From Auanema rhodensis (taxonomy: Eukaryota > Animalia > Nematoda): a stretch of 64,000 bases of DNA. Below are positions 1 to 15,000 of the stretch, in pieces. The notes under the pieces are model-generated. The model had not been told where the DNA came from and searched no databases. It saw only the letters and a list, made by a program, of their open reading frames with translations. The translations under genes were made by a program, and so were the position numbers. The first letter of the stretch is position 1. The number at the start of each line of letters is the position of its first letter. The stretch spans positions 21,638,001 through 21,702,000 of the forward strand of contig OZ059895.1 in assembly GCA_964057225.1 (NCBI GenBank), in the 5' to 3' direction.

Positions 1-3000
1 TTAAGCGTTTCTCAATGTAGTATAGTGCATTCGATGCGGATTTTTAAGCTGCGTCGATCTGTGTTATCAGATTTGCGCTAGCTTAAAAATGCACCGAGAT
101 ATCAACTGATATATGTTCACACTTATATCCTCGATTTTCACCCTGAAGAAATTATTTTTTCGTTGAATAACATTGTCCATCGTCTTTGCCTTGAAAAAAG
201 GAATCTAAAAACATCTTCTTTTTGCTAAATTATTTTGAAATTTTTCGAAAAAATTTTTGTCAAAATGTTTTTGGAAGCAATGTTGAGTGTACATGGAAAC
301 TCAACATACACTAATGCATCATTTTTCAAACGATCATAACTAATTTTTGTATTGAGCGTTTCTCAATGTAGTATAGTGCATTCGATGCGGATTTTTAAGC
401 TGCGTCGATCTGTGTTATCAGATTTGCGCTAGCTTAAAAATGCACCGAGATATCAACTGATATATGTTCACACTTATATCCTCGATTTTCACCCTGAAGA
501 AATTATTTTTTCGTTGAATAACATTGTCCATCGTCTTTGCCTTGAAAAAAGGAATCTAAAAACATCTACTTCTTGCTAAATTATTTTGAAATTTTTCGAA
601 AAAATTTTTGTCAAAATGTTTTTGGAAGCAATGTTGAGTGTACATGGAAACTCAACATACACTAATGCATCATTTTTCAAACGATCATAACTAATTTTTG
701 TATTAAGCGTTTCTCAATGTAGTATAGTGCATTCGATGCGGATTTTTAAGCTGCGTCGATCTGTGTTATCAGATTTGCGCTAGCTTAAAAATGCACCGAG
801 ATATCAACTGATATAAGTTCACACTTATATCCTCGATTTTCACCCTGAAGAAATTATTTTTTCGTTGAATAACATTGTCCATCGTCTTTGCCTTGAAAAA
901 AGGAATCTAAAAACATCTACTTCTTGCTAAATTATTTTGAAATTTTTCGAAAAAATTTTTGTCAAAATGTTTTTGGAAGCAATGTTGAGTGTACATGGAA
1001 ACTCAACATACACTAATGCATCATTTTTCAAACGATCATAACTAATTTTTGTATTGAGCGTTTCTCAATGTAGTATAGTGCATTCGATGCGGATTTTTAA
1101 GCTGCGTCGATCTGTGTTATCAGATTTGCGCTAGCTTAAAAATGCACCGAGATATCAACTGATATAAGTTCACACTTATATCCTGGATTTTCACCCTGAA
1201 GAAATTATTTTTTCGTTGAATAACATTGTCCATCGTCTTTGCCTTGAAAAAAGGAATCTAAAAACATCTACTTCTTGCTAAATTATTTTGAAATTTTTCG
1301 AAAAAATTTTTGTCAAAATGTTTTTGGAAGCAATGTTGAGTGTACATGGAAACTCAACATACACTAATGCATCATTTTTCAAACGATCATAACTAATTTC
1401 TGTATTGAGCGTTTCTCAATGTAGTATAGTGCATTCGATGCGGATTTTTAAGCTGCGTCGATCTGTGTTATCAGATTTGCGCTAGCTTAAAAATGCACCG
1501 AGATATCAACTGATATATGTTCACACTTATATCCTCGATTTTCACCCTGAAGAAATTATTTTTTCGTTGAATAACATTGTCCATCGTCTTTGCCTTGAAA
1601 AAAGGAATCTAAAAACATCTACTTCTTGCTAAATTATTTTGAAATTTTTCGAAAAAATTTTTGTCAAAATGTTTTTGGAAGCAATGTTGAGTGTACATGG
1701 AAACTCAACATACACTAATGCATCATTTTTCAAACGATCATAACTAATTTTTGTATTAAGCGTTTCTCAATGTAGTATAGTGCATTTGATGCGGATTTTT
1801 AAGCTGCGTCGATCTGTGTTATCAGATTTGCGCTAGCTTAAAAATGCACCGAGATATCAACTGATATAAGTTCACACTTAGATCCTCGATTTTCACCCTG
1901 AAGAATTAATTTTTTCGTTGAATAACAATGTCCATCGTCTTTGCCTTGAAAAAAGAAATCTAAAAACATCTACTTCTTGCTAAATTATTTTGAAATTTTT
2001 CGAAAAAATTTTTGTCAAAATGTTTTTGGAAGCAATGTTGAGTGTACATGGAAACTCAACATACACTAATGCATCAATTTTCAAACGATCATAACTAATT
2101 TTTGTATTGAGCGTTTCTCAGTGTAGAATAGTGCATTCGATGCGGATTTTTAAGCTGCGTCGATCTGTGTTATCAGATTTGCTCTAGCTTAAAAATGCAC
2201 CGAGATATCAACTGATATATGTTCACACTTATATCCTCGATTTTCACCCTGAAGAAATTATTTTTTCGTTGAATAACATTGTCCATCGTCTTTGCCTTGA
2301 AAAAAGGAATCTAAAAACATCTACTTCTTGCTAAATTATTTTTAAATTTTTCGAAAAAATTTTTGTCAAAATGTTTTTGGAAGCAATGTTGAGTGTACAT
2401 GGAAACTCAACATACACTAATGCATCATTTTTCAAACGATCATAACTAATTTTTGTATTGAGCGTTTCTCAATGTAGTATAGTGCATTCGATGCGGATTT
2501 TTAAGCTGCGTCGATCTGTGTTATCAGATTTGCGCTAGCTTAAAAATGCACCGAGATATCAACTGATATAAGTTCACACTTATATCCTGGATTTTCACCC
2601 TGAAGAAATTATTTTTTCGTTGAATAACATTGTCCATCGTCTTTGCCTTGAAAAAAGGAATCTAAAAACATCTACTTCTTGCTAAATTATTTTGAAATTT
2701 TTCGAAAAAATTTTTGTCAAAATGTTTTTGGAAGCAATGTTGAGTGTACATGGAAACTCAACATACACTAATGCATCATTTTTCAAACGATCATAACTAA
2801 TTTCTGTATTGAGCGTTTCTCAATGTAGTATAGTGCATTCGATGCGGATTTTTAAGCTGCGTCGATCTGTGTTATCAGATTTGCTCTAGCTTAAAAATGC
2901 ACCGAGATATCAACTGATATATGTTCACACTTATATCCTCGATTTTCACCCTGAAGAAATTATTTTTTCGTTGAATAACATTGTCCATCGTCTTTGCCTT

Positions 3001-6000
3001 GAAAAAAGGAATCTAAAAACATCTACTTCTTGCTAAATTATTTTGAAATTTTTCGAAAAAATTTTTGTCAAAATGTTTTTGGAAGCAATGTTGAGTGTAC
3101 ATGGAAACTCAACATACACTAATGCATCATTTTTCAAACGATCATAACTAATTTTTGTATTGAGCGTTTCTCAATGTAGTATAGTGCATTCGATGCGGAT
3201 TTTTAAGCTGCGTCGATCTGTGTTATCAGATTTGCGCTAGCTTAAAAATGCACCGAGATATCAACTGATATAAGTTCACACTTATATCCTGGATTTTCAC
3301 CCTGAAGAAATTATTTTTTCGTTGAATAACATTGTCCATCGTCTTTGCCTTGAAAAAAGGAATCTAAAAACATCTACTTCTTGCTAAATTATTTTGAAAT
3401 TTTTCGAAAAAATTTTTGTCAAAATGTTTTTGGAAGCAATGTTGAGTGTACATGGAAACTCAACATACACTAATGCATCATTTTTCAAACGATCATAACT
3501 AATTTCTGTATTGAGCGTTTCTCAATGTAGTATAGTGCATTCGATGCGGATTTTTAAGCTGCGTCGATCTGTGTTATCAGATTTGCGCTAGCTTAAAAAT
3601 GCACCGAGATATCAACTGATATATGTTCACACTTATATCCTCGATTTTCACCCTGAAGAAATTATTTTTTCGTTGAATAACATTGTCCATCGTCTTTGCC
3701 TTGAAAAAAGGAATCTAAAAACATCTACTTCTTGCTAAATTATTTTGAAATTTTTCGAAAAAATTTTTGTCAAAATGTTTTTGGAAGCAATGTTGAGTGT
3801 ACATGGAAACTCAACATACACTAATGCATCATTTTTCAAACGATCATAACTAATTTTTGTATTAAGCGTTTCTCAATGTAGTATAGTGCATTCGATGCGG
3901 ATTTTTAAGCTGCGTCGATCTGTGTTATCAGATTTGCGCTAGCTTAAAAATGCACCGAGATATCAACTGATATAAGTTCACACTTAGATCCTCGATTTTC
4001 ACCCTGAAGAATTAATTTTTTCGTTGAATAACAATGTCCATCGTCTTTGCCTTGAAAAAAGAAATCTAAAAACATCTACTTCTTGCTAAATTATTTTGAA
4101 ATTTTTCGAAAAAATTTTTGTCAAAATGTTTTTGGAAGCAATGTTGAGTGTACATGGAAACTCAACATACACTAATGCATCAATTTTCAAACGATCATAA
4201 CTAATTTTTGTATTGAGCGTTTCTCAGTGTAGTATAGTGCATTCGATGCGGATTTTTAAGCTGCGTCGATCTGTGTTATCAGATTTGCGCTAGCTTAAAA
4301 ATGCACCGAGATATCAACTGATATATGTTCACACTTATATCCTCGATTTTCACCCTGAAGAAATTATTTTTTCGTTGAATAACATTGTCCATCGTCTTTG
4401 CCTTGAAAAAAGAAATCTAAAAACATCTACTTCTTGCTAAATTATTTTGAAATTTTTCGAAAAAATTTTTGTCAAAATGTTTTTGGAAGCAATGTTGAGT
4501 GTACATGGAAACTCAACATACACTAATGCATCAATTTTCAAACGATCATAACTAATTTTTGTATTGAGCGTTTCTCAGTGTAGTATAGTGCATTCGATGC
4601 GGATTTTTAAGCTGCGTCGATCTGTGTTATCAGATTTGCGCTAGCTTAAAAATGCACCGAGATATCAACTGATATAAGTTCACACTTAGATCCTCGATTT
4701 TCACCCTGAAGAATTAATTTTTTCGTTGAATAACAATGTCCATCGTCTTTGCCTTAAAAAAAGAAATCTAAAAACATCTACTTCTTGCTAAATTATTTTG
4801 AAATTTTTCGAAAAAATTTTTGTCAAAATGTTTTTGGAAGCAATGTTGAGTGTACATGGAAACTCAACATACACTAATGCATCATTTTTCAAACGATCAT
4901 AACTAATTTTTGTATTGAGCGTTTCTCAGTGTAGTATAGTGCATTCGATGCGGATTTTTAAGCTGCGTCGATCTGTGTTATCAGATTTGCGCTAGCTTAA
5001 AAATGCACCGAGATATCAACTGATATATGTTCACACTTATATCCTCGATTTTCACCCTGAAGAAATTATTTTTTCGTTGAATAACATTGTCCATCGTCTT
5101 TGCCTTGAAAAAAGGAATCTAAAAACATCTACTTCTTGCTAAATTATTTTGAAATTTTTCGAAAAAATTTTTGTCAAAATGTTTTTGGAAGCAATGTTGA
5201 GTGTACATGGAAACTCAACATACACTAATGCATCATTTTTCAAACGATCATAACTAATTTTTGTATTGAGCGTTTCTCAATGTAGTATAGTGCATTCGAT
5301 GCGGATTTTTAAGCTGCGTCGATCTGTGTTATCAGATTTGCGCTAGCTTAAAAATGCACCGAGATATCAACTGATATATGTTCACACGTATATCCTGGAT
5401 TTTCACCCTGAAGAAATTATTTTTTCGTTGAATAACATTGTCCATCGTCTTTGCCTTGAAAAAAGGAATCTAAAAACATCTACTTCTTGCTAAATTATTT
5501 TGAAATTTTTCGAAAAAACTTTTGTCAAAATGTTTTTGGAAGCAATGTTGAGTGTACATGGAAACTCAACATACACTAATGCATCATTTTTCAAACGATC
5601 ATAACTAATTTTTGTATTAAGCGTTTCTCAATGTAGTATAGTGCATTCGATGCGGATTTTTAAGCTGCGTCGATCTGTGTTATCAGATTTGCTCTAGCTT
5701 AAAAATGCACCGAGATATCAACTGATATATGTTCACACTTATATCCTCGATTTTCACCCTGAAGAAATTATTTTTTCGTTGAATAACATTGTCCATCGTC
5801 TTTGCCTTGAAAAAAGGAATCTAAAAACATCTACTTCTTGCTAAATTATTTTGAAATTTTTCGAAAAAATTTTTGTCAAAATGTTTTTGGAAGCAATGTT
5901 GAGTGTACATGGAAACTCAACATACACTAATGCATCATTTTTCAAACGATCATAACTAATTTTTGTATTGAGCGTTTCTCAATGTAGTATAGTGCATTCG

Positions 6001-9000
6001 ATGCGGATTTTTAAGCTGCGTCGATCTGTGTTATCAGATTTGCGCTAGCTTAAAAATGCACCGAGATATCAACTGATATAAGTTCACACTTATATCCTGG
6101 ATTTTCACCCTGAAGAAATTATTTTTTCGTTGAATAACATTGTCCATCGTCTTTGCCTTGAAAAAAGGAATCTAAAAACATCTACTTCTTGCTAAATTAT
6201 TTTGAAATTTTTCGAAAAAATTTTTGTCAAAATGTTTTTGGAAGCAATGTTGAGTGTACATGGAAACTCAACATACACTAATGCATCATTTTTCAAACGA
6301 TCATAACTAATTTCTGTATTGAGCGTTTCTCAATGTAGTATAGTGCATTCGATGCGGATTTTTAAGCTGCGTCGATCTGTGTTATCAGATTTGCGCTAGC
6401 TTAAAAATGCACCGAGATATCAACTGATATATGTTCACACTTATATCCTCGATTTTCACCCTGAAGAAATTATTTTTTCGTAGAATAACATTGTCCATCG
6501 TCTTTGCCTTGAAAAAAGGAATCTAAAAACATCTACTTCTTGCTAAATTATTTTGAAATTTTTCGAAAAAATTTTTGTCAAAATGTTTTTGGAAGCAATG
6601 TTGAGTGTACATGGAAACTCAACATACACTAATGCATCATTTTTCAAACGATCATAACTAATTTTTGTATTAAGCGTTTCTCAATGTAGTATAGTGCATT
6701 CGATGCGGATTTTTAAGCTGCGTCGATCTGTGTTATCAGATTTGCGCTAGCTTAAAAATGCACCGAGATATCAACTGATATAAGTTCACACTTAGATCCT
6801 CGATTTTCACCCTGAAGAATTAATTTTTTCGTTGAATAACAATGTCCATCGTCTTTGCCTTGAAAAAAGAAATCTAAAAACATCTACTTCTTGCTAAATT
6901 ATTTTGAAATTTTTCGAAAAAATTTTTGTCAAAATGTTTTTGGAAGCAATGTTGAGTGTACATGGAAACTCAACATACACTAATGCATCAATTTTCAAAC
7001 GATCATAACTAATTTTTGTATTGAGCGTTTCTCAGTGTAGTATAGTGCATTCGATGCGGATTTTTAAGCTGCGTCGATCTGTGTTATCAGATTTGCGCTA
7101 GCTTAAAAATGCACCGAGATATCAACTGATATATGTTCACACTTATATCCTCGATTTTCACCCTGAAGAAATTATTTTTTCGTTGAATAACATTGTCCAT
7201 CGTCTTTGCCTTGAAAAAAGAAATCTAAAAACATCTACTTCTTGCTAAATTATTTTGAAATTTTTCGAAAAAATTTTTGTCAAAATGTTTTTGGAAGCAA
7301 TGTTGAGTGTACATGGAAACTCAACATACACTAATGCATCAATTTTCAAACGATCATAACTAATTTTTGTATTGAGCGTTTCTCAGTGTAGTATAGTGCA
7401 TTCGATGCGGATTTTTAAGCTGCGTCGATCTGTGTTATCAGATTTGCGCTAGCTTAAAAATGCACCGAGATATCAACTGATATAAGTTCACACTTAGATC
7501 CTCGATTTTCACCCTGAAGAATTAATTTTTTCGTTGAATAACAATGTCCATCGTCTTTGCCTTAAAAAAAGAAATCTAAAAACATCTACTTCTTGCTAAA
7601 TTATTTTGAAATTTTTCGAAAAAATTTTTGTCAAAATGTTTTTGGAAGCAATGTTGAGTGTACATGGAAACTCAACATACACTAATGCATCATTTTTCAA
7701 ACGATCATAACTAATTTTTGTATTGAGCGTTTCTCAGTGTAGTATAGTGCATTCGATGCGGATTTTTAAGCTGCGTCGATCTGTGTTATCAGATTTGCGC
7801 TAGCTTAAAAATGCACCGAGATATCAACTGATATATGTTCACACTTATATCCTCGATTTTCACCCTGAAGAAATTATTTTTTCGTTGAATAACATTGTCC
7901 ATCGTCTTTGCCTTGAAAAAAGGAATCTAAAAACATCTACTTCTTGCTAAATTATTTTGAAATTTTTCGAAAAAATTTTTGTCAAAATGTTTTTGGAAGC
8001 AATGTTGAGTGTACATGGAAACTCAACATACACTAATGCATCATTTTTCAAACGATCATAACTAATTTTTGTATTGAGCGTTTCTCAATGTAGTATAGTG
8101 CATTCGATGCGGATTTTTAAGCTGCGTCGATCTGTGTTATCAGATTTGCGCTAGCTTAAAAATGCACCGAGATATCAACTGATATATGTTCACACGTATA
8201 TCCTGGATTTTCACCCTGAAGAAATTATTTTTTCGTTGAATAACATTGTCCATCGTCTTTGCCTTGAAAAAAGGAATCTAAAAACATCTACTTCTTGCTA
8301 AATTATTTTGAAATTTTTCGAAAAAACTTTTGTCAAAATGTTTTTGGAAGCAATGTTGAGTGTACATGGAAACTCAACATACACTAATGCATCATTTTTC
8401 AAACGATCATAACTAATTTTTGTATTAAGCGTTTCTCAATGTAGTATAGTGCATTCGATGCGGATTTTTAAGCTGCGTCGATCTGTGTTATCAGATTTGC
8501 GCTAGCTTAAAAATGCACCGAGATATCAACTGATATATGTTCACACGTATATCCTGGATTTTCACCCTGAAGAAATTATTTTTTCGTTGAATAACATTGT
8601 CCATCGTCTTTGCCTTGAAAAAAGGAATCTAAAAACATCTACTTCTCGCTAAATTATTTTGAAATTTTTCGAAAAAATTTTTGTCAAAATGTTTTTGGAA
8701 GCAATGTTGAGTGTACATGGAAACTCAACATACACTAATGCATCATTTTTCAAACGATCATAACTAATTTTTGTATTAAGCGTTTCTCAATGTAGTATAG
8801 TGCATTCGATGCGGATTTTTAAGCTGCGTCGATCTGTGTTATCAGATTTGCACTAGCTGAAAAATGCACCGAGATATCAACTGATATATGTTCACACTTA
8901 TATCCTCGATTTTCACCCTGAAGAAATTATTTTTTCGTTGAATAACATTGTCCATCGTCTTTGCCTTGAAAAAAGGAATCTAAAAACATCTACTTCTTGC

Positions 9001-12000
9001 TAAATTATTTTGAAATTTTTCGAAAAAGTTTTTGTCAAAATGTTTTTGGAAGCAATGTTGAGTGTACATGGAAACTCAACATACACTAATGCATCATTTT
9101 TCAAACGATCATAACTAATTTTTGTATTGAGCGTTTCTCAATGTAGTATAGTGCATTCGATGCGGATTTTTAAGCTGCGTCGATCTGTGTTATCAGATTT
9201 GCGCTAGCTTAAAAATGCACCGAGATATCAACTGATATATGTTCACACTTATATCCTCGATTTTCACCCTGAAGAAATTATTTTTTCGTTGAATAACATT
9301 GTCCATCGTCTTTGCCTTGAAAAAATGAATCTAAAAACATCTACTTCTTGCTAAATTATTTTGAAATTTTTCGAAAAAATTTTTGTCAAAATGTTTTTGG
9401 AAGCAATGTTGAGTGTACATGGAAACTCAACATACACTAATGCATCATTTTTCAAACGATCATAACTAATTTTTGTATTAAGCGTTTCTCAATGTAGTAT
9501 AGTGCATTCGATGCGGATTTTTAAGCTGCGTCGATCTGTGTTATCAGATTTGCGCTAGCTTAAAAATGCACCGAGATATCAACTGATATAAGTTCACACT
9601 TAGATCCTCGATTTTCACCCTGAAGAATTAATTTTTTCGTTGAATAACAATGTCCATCGTCTTTGCCTTGAAAAAAGAAATCTAAAAACATCTACTTCTT
9701 GCTAAATTATTTTGAAATTTTTCGAAAAAATTTTTGTCAAAATGTTTTTGGAAGCAATGTTGAGTGTACATGGAAACTCAACATACACTAATGCATCAAT
9801 TTTCAAACGATCATAACTAATTTTTGTATTGAGCGTTTCTCAATGTAGTATAGTGCATTCGATGCGGATTTTTAAGCTGCGTCGATCTGTGTTATCAGAT
9901 TTGCGCTAGCTTAAAAATGCACCGAGATATCAACTGATATAAGTTCACACTTAGATCCTCGATTTTCACCCTGAAGAAATTATTTTTTCGTTGAATAACA
10001 TTGTCCATCGTCTTTGCCTTGAAAAAAGGAATCTAAAAACATCTACTTCTTGCTAAATTATTTTGAAATTTTTCGAAAAAATTTTTGTCAAAATGTTTTT
10101 GGAAGCAATGTTGAGTGTACATGGAAACTCAACATACACTAATGCATCATTTTTCAAACGATCATAACTAATTTTTGTATTAAGCGTTTCTCAATGTAGT
10201 ATAGTGCATTCGATGCGGATTTTTAAGCTGCGTCGATCTGTGTTATCAGATTTGCGCTAGCTTAAAAATGCACCGAGATATCAACTGATATAAGTTCACA
10301 CTTAGATCCTCGATTTTCACCCTGAAGAATTAATTTTTTCGTTGAATAACAATGTCCATCGTCTTTGCCTTGAAAAAAGAAATCTAAAAACATCTACTTC
10401 TTGCTAAATTATTTTGAAATTTTTCGAAAAAATTTTTGTCAAAATGTTTTTGGAAGCAATGTTGAGTGTACATGGAAACTCAACATACACTAATGCATCA
10501 ATTTTCAAACGATCATAACTAATTTTTGTATTGAGCGTTTCTCAGTGTAGTATAGTGCATTCGATGCGGATTTTTAAGCTGCGTCGATCTGTGTTATCAG
10601 ATTTGCGCTAGCTTAAAAATGCACCGAGATATCAACTGATATATGTTCACACTTATATCCTCGATTTTCACCCTGAAGAAATTATTTTTTCGTTGAATAA
10701 CATTGTCCATCGTCTTTGCCTTGAAAAAAGAAATCTAAAAACATCTACTTCTTGCTAAATTATTTTGAAATTTTTCGAAAAAATTTTTGTCAAAATGTTT
10801 TTGGAAGCAATGTTGAGTGTACATGGAAACTCAACATACACTAATGCATCAATTTTCAAACGATCATAACTAATTTTTGTATTGAGCGTTTCTCAGTGTA
10901 GTATAGTGCATTCGATGCGGATTTTTAAGCTGCGTCGATCTGTGTTATCAGATTTGCGCTAGCTTAAAAATGCACCGAGATATCAACTGATATAAGTTCA
11001 CACTTAGATCCTCGATTTTCACCCTGAAGAATTAATTTTTTCGTTGAATAACAATGTCCATCGTCTTTGCCTTAAAAAAAGAAATCTAAAAACATCTACT
11101 TCTTGCTAAATTATTTTGAAATTTTTCGAAAAAATTTTTGTCAAAATGTTTTTGGAAGCAATGTTGAGTGTACATGGAAACTCAACATACACTAATGCAT
11201 CATTTTTCAAACGATCATAACTAATTTTTGTATTGAGCGTTTCTCAGTGTAGTATAGTGCATTCGATGCGGATTTTTAAGCTGCGTCGATCTGTGTTATC
11301 AGATTTGCGCTAGCTTAAAAATGCACCGAGATATCAACTGATATATGTTCACACTTATATCCTCGATTTTCACCCTGAAGAAATTATTTTTTCGTTGAAT
11401 AACATTGTCCATCGTCTTTGCCTTGAAAAAAGGAATCTAAAAACATCTACTTCTTGCTAAATTATTTTGAAATTTTTCGAAAAAATTTTTGTCAAAATGT
11501 TTTTGGAAGCAATGTTGAGTGTACATGGAAACTCAACATACACTAATGCATCATTTTTCAAACGATCATAACTAATTTTTGTATTGAGCGTTTCTCAATG
11601 TAGTATAGTGCATTCGATGCGGATTTTTAAGCTGCGTCGATCTGTGTTATCAGATTTGCGCTAGCTTAAAAATGCACCGAGATATCAACTGATATATGTT
11701 CACACTTATATCCTCGATTTTCACCCTGAAGAAATTATTTTTTCGTTGAATAACATTGTCCATCGTCTTTGCCTTGAAAAAATGAATCTAAAAACATCTA
11801 CTTCTTGCTAAATTATTTTGAAATTTTTCGAAAAAATTTTTGTCAAAATGTTTTTGGAAGCAATGTTGAGTGTACATGGAAACTCAACATACACTAATGC
11901 ATCATTTTTCAAACGATCATAACTAATTTTTGTATTAAGCGTTTCTCAATGTAGTATAGTGCATTCGATGCGGATTTTTAAGCTGCGTCGATCTGTGTTA

Positions 12001-15000
12001 TCAGATTTGCGCTAGCTTAAAAATGCACCGAGATATCAACTGATATAAGTTCACACTTAGATCCTCGATTTTCACCCTGAAGAATTAATTTTTTCGTTGA
12101 ATAACAATGTCCATCGTCTTTGCCTTGAAAAAAGAAATCTAAAAACATCTACTTCTTGCTAAATTATTTTGAAATTTTTCGAAAAAATTTTTGTCAAAAT
12201 GTTTTTGGAAGCAATGTTGAGTGTACATGGAAACTCAACATACACTAATGCATCAATTTTCAAACGATCATAACTAATTTTTGTATTGAGCGTTTCTCAA
12301 TGTAGTATAGTGCATTCGATGCGGATTTTTAAGCTGCGTCGATCTGTGTTATCAGATTTGCGCTAGCTTAAAAATGCACCGAGATATCAACTGATATAAG
12401 TTCACACTTAGATCCTCGATTTTCACCCTGAAGAAATTATTTTTTCGTTGAATAACATTGTCCATCGTCTTTGCCTTGAAAAAAGGAATCTAAAAACATC
12501 TACTTCTTGCTAAATTATTTTGAAATTTTTCGAAAAAATTTTTGTCAAAATGTTTTTGGAAGCAATGTTGAGTGTACATGGAAACTCAACATACACTAAT
12601 GCATCATTTTTCAAACGATCATAACTAATTTTTGTATTAAGCGTTTCTCAATGTAGTATAGTGCATTCGATGCGGATTTTTAAGCTGCGTCGATCTGTGT
12701 TATCAGATTTGCGCTAGCTTAAAAATGCACCGAGATATCAACTGATATAAGTTCACACTTAGATCCTCGATTTTCACCCTGAAGAATTAATTTTTTCGTT
12801 GAATAACAATGTCCATCGTCTTTGCCTTGAAAAAAGAAATCTAAAAACATCTACTTCTTGCTAAATTATTTTGAAATTTTTCGAAAAAATTTTTGTCAAA
12901 ATGTTTTTGGAAGCAATGTTGAGTGTACATGGAAACTCAACATACACTAATGCATCAATTTTCAAACGATCATAACTAATTTTTGTATTGAGCGTTTCTC
13001 AGTGTAGTATAGTGCATTCGATGCGGATTTTTAAGCTGCGTCGATCTGTGTTATCAGATTTGCGCTAGCTTAAAAATGCACCGAGATATCAACTGATATA
13101 TGTTCACACTTATATCCTCGATTTTCACCCTGAAGAAATTATTTTTTCGTTGAATAACATTGTCCATCGTCTTTGCCTTGAAAAAAGAAATCTAAAAACA
13201 TCTACTTCTTGCTAAATTATTTTGAAATTTTTCGAAAAAATTTTTGTCAAAATGTTTTTGGAAGCAATGTTGAGTGTACATGGAAACTCAACATACACTA
13301 ATGCATCAATTTTCAAACGATCATAACTAATTTTTGTATTGAGCGTTTCTCAGTGTAGTATAGTGCATTCGATGCGGATTTTTAAGCTGCGTCGATCTGT
13401 GTTATCAGATTTGCGCTAGCTTAAAAATGCACCGAGATATCAACTGATATAAGTTCACACTTAGATCCTCGATTTTCACCCTGAAGAATTAATTTTTTCG
13501 TTGAATAACAATGTCCATCGTCTTTGCCTTAAAAAAAGAAATCTAAAAACATCTACTTCTTGCTAAATTATTTTGAAATTTTTCGAAAAAATTTTTGTCA
13601 AAATGTTTTTGGAAGCAATGTTGAGTGTACATGGAAACTCAACATACACTAATGCATCATTTTTCAAACGATCATAACTAATTTTTGTATTGAGCGTTTC
13701 TCAGTGTAGTATAGTGCATTCGATGCGGATTTTTAAGCTGCGTCGATCTGTGTTATCAGATTTGCGCTAGCTTAAAAATGCACCGAGATATCAACTGATA
13801 TATGTTCACACTTATATCCTCGATTTTCACCCTGAAGAAATTATTTTTTCGTTGAATAACATTGTCCATCGTCTTTGCCTTGAAAAAAGGAATCTAAAAA
13901 CATCTACTTCTTGCTAAATTATTTTGAAATTTTTCGAAAAAATTTTTGTCAAAATGTTTTTGGAAGCAATGTTGAGTGTACATGGAAACTCAACATACAC
14001 TAATGCATCATTTTTCAAACGATCATAACTAATTTTTGTATTGAGCGTTTCTCAATGTAGTATAGTGCATTCGATGCGGATTTTTAAGCTGCGTCGATCT
14101 GTGTTATCAGATTTGCGCTAGCTTAAAAATGCACCGAGATATCAACTGATATATGTTCACACGTATATCCTGGATTTTCACCCTGAAGAAATTATTTTTT
14201 CGTTGAATAACATTGTCCATCGTCTTTGCCTTGAAAAAAGGAATCTAAAAACATCTACTTCTTGCTAAATTATTTTGAAATTTTTCGAAAAAACTTTTGT
14301 CAAAATGTTTTTGGAAGCAATGTTGAGTGTACATGGAAACTCAACATACACTAATGCATCATTTTTCAAACGATCATAACTAATTTTTGTATTAAGCGTT
14401 TCTCAATGTAGTATAGTGCATTCGATGCGGATTTTTAAGCTGCGTCGATCTGTGTTATCAGATTTGCGCTAGCTTAAAAATGCACCGAGATATCAACTGA
14501 TATATGTTCACACGTATATCCTGGATTTTCACCCTGAAGAAATTATTTTTTCGTTGAATAACATTGTCCATCGTCTTTGCCTTGAAAAAAGGAATCTAAA
14601 AACATCTACTTCTCGCTAAATTATTTTGAAATTTTTCGAAAAAATTTTTGTCAAAATGTTTTTGGAAGCAATGTTGAGTGTACATGGAAACTCAACATAC
14701 ACTAATGCATCATTTTTCAAACGATCATAACTAATTTTTGTATTAAGCGTTTCTCAATGTAGTATAGTGCATTCGATGCGGATTTTTAAGCTGCGTCGAT
14801 CTGTGTTATCAGATTTGCACTAGCTGAAAAATGCACCGAGATATCAACTGATATATGTTCACACTTATATCCTCGATTTTCACCCTGAAGAAATTATTTT
14901 TTCGTTGAATAACATTGTCCATCGTCTTTGCCTTGAAAAAAGGAATCTAAAAACATCTACTTCTTGCTAAATTATTTTGAAATTTTTCGAAAAAATTTTT

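Noticed and set aside
11-72. Resemblance to U2 snRNA pieces (TGTAGTAT; ATCTGT.TTATCAG) and an Sm-like AATTTTTG before a small hairpin at the monomer junction
   Set aside because: The two pieces are separated by more than 30 nt, whereas they are contiguous in U2. U2 stem I is absent, and AATTTTTG is expected by chance in this composition. An Infernal/Rfam scan would settle it.
1-351. Monomer as an ancient dimer of ~175-bp subunits
   Set aside because: The two halves show no convincing alignment by eye.
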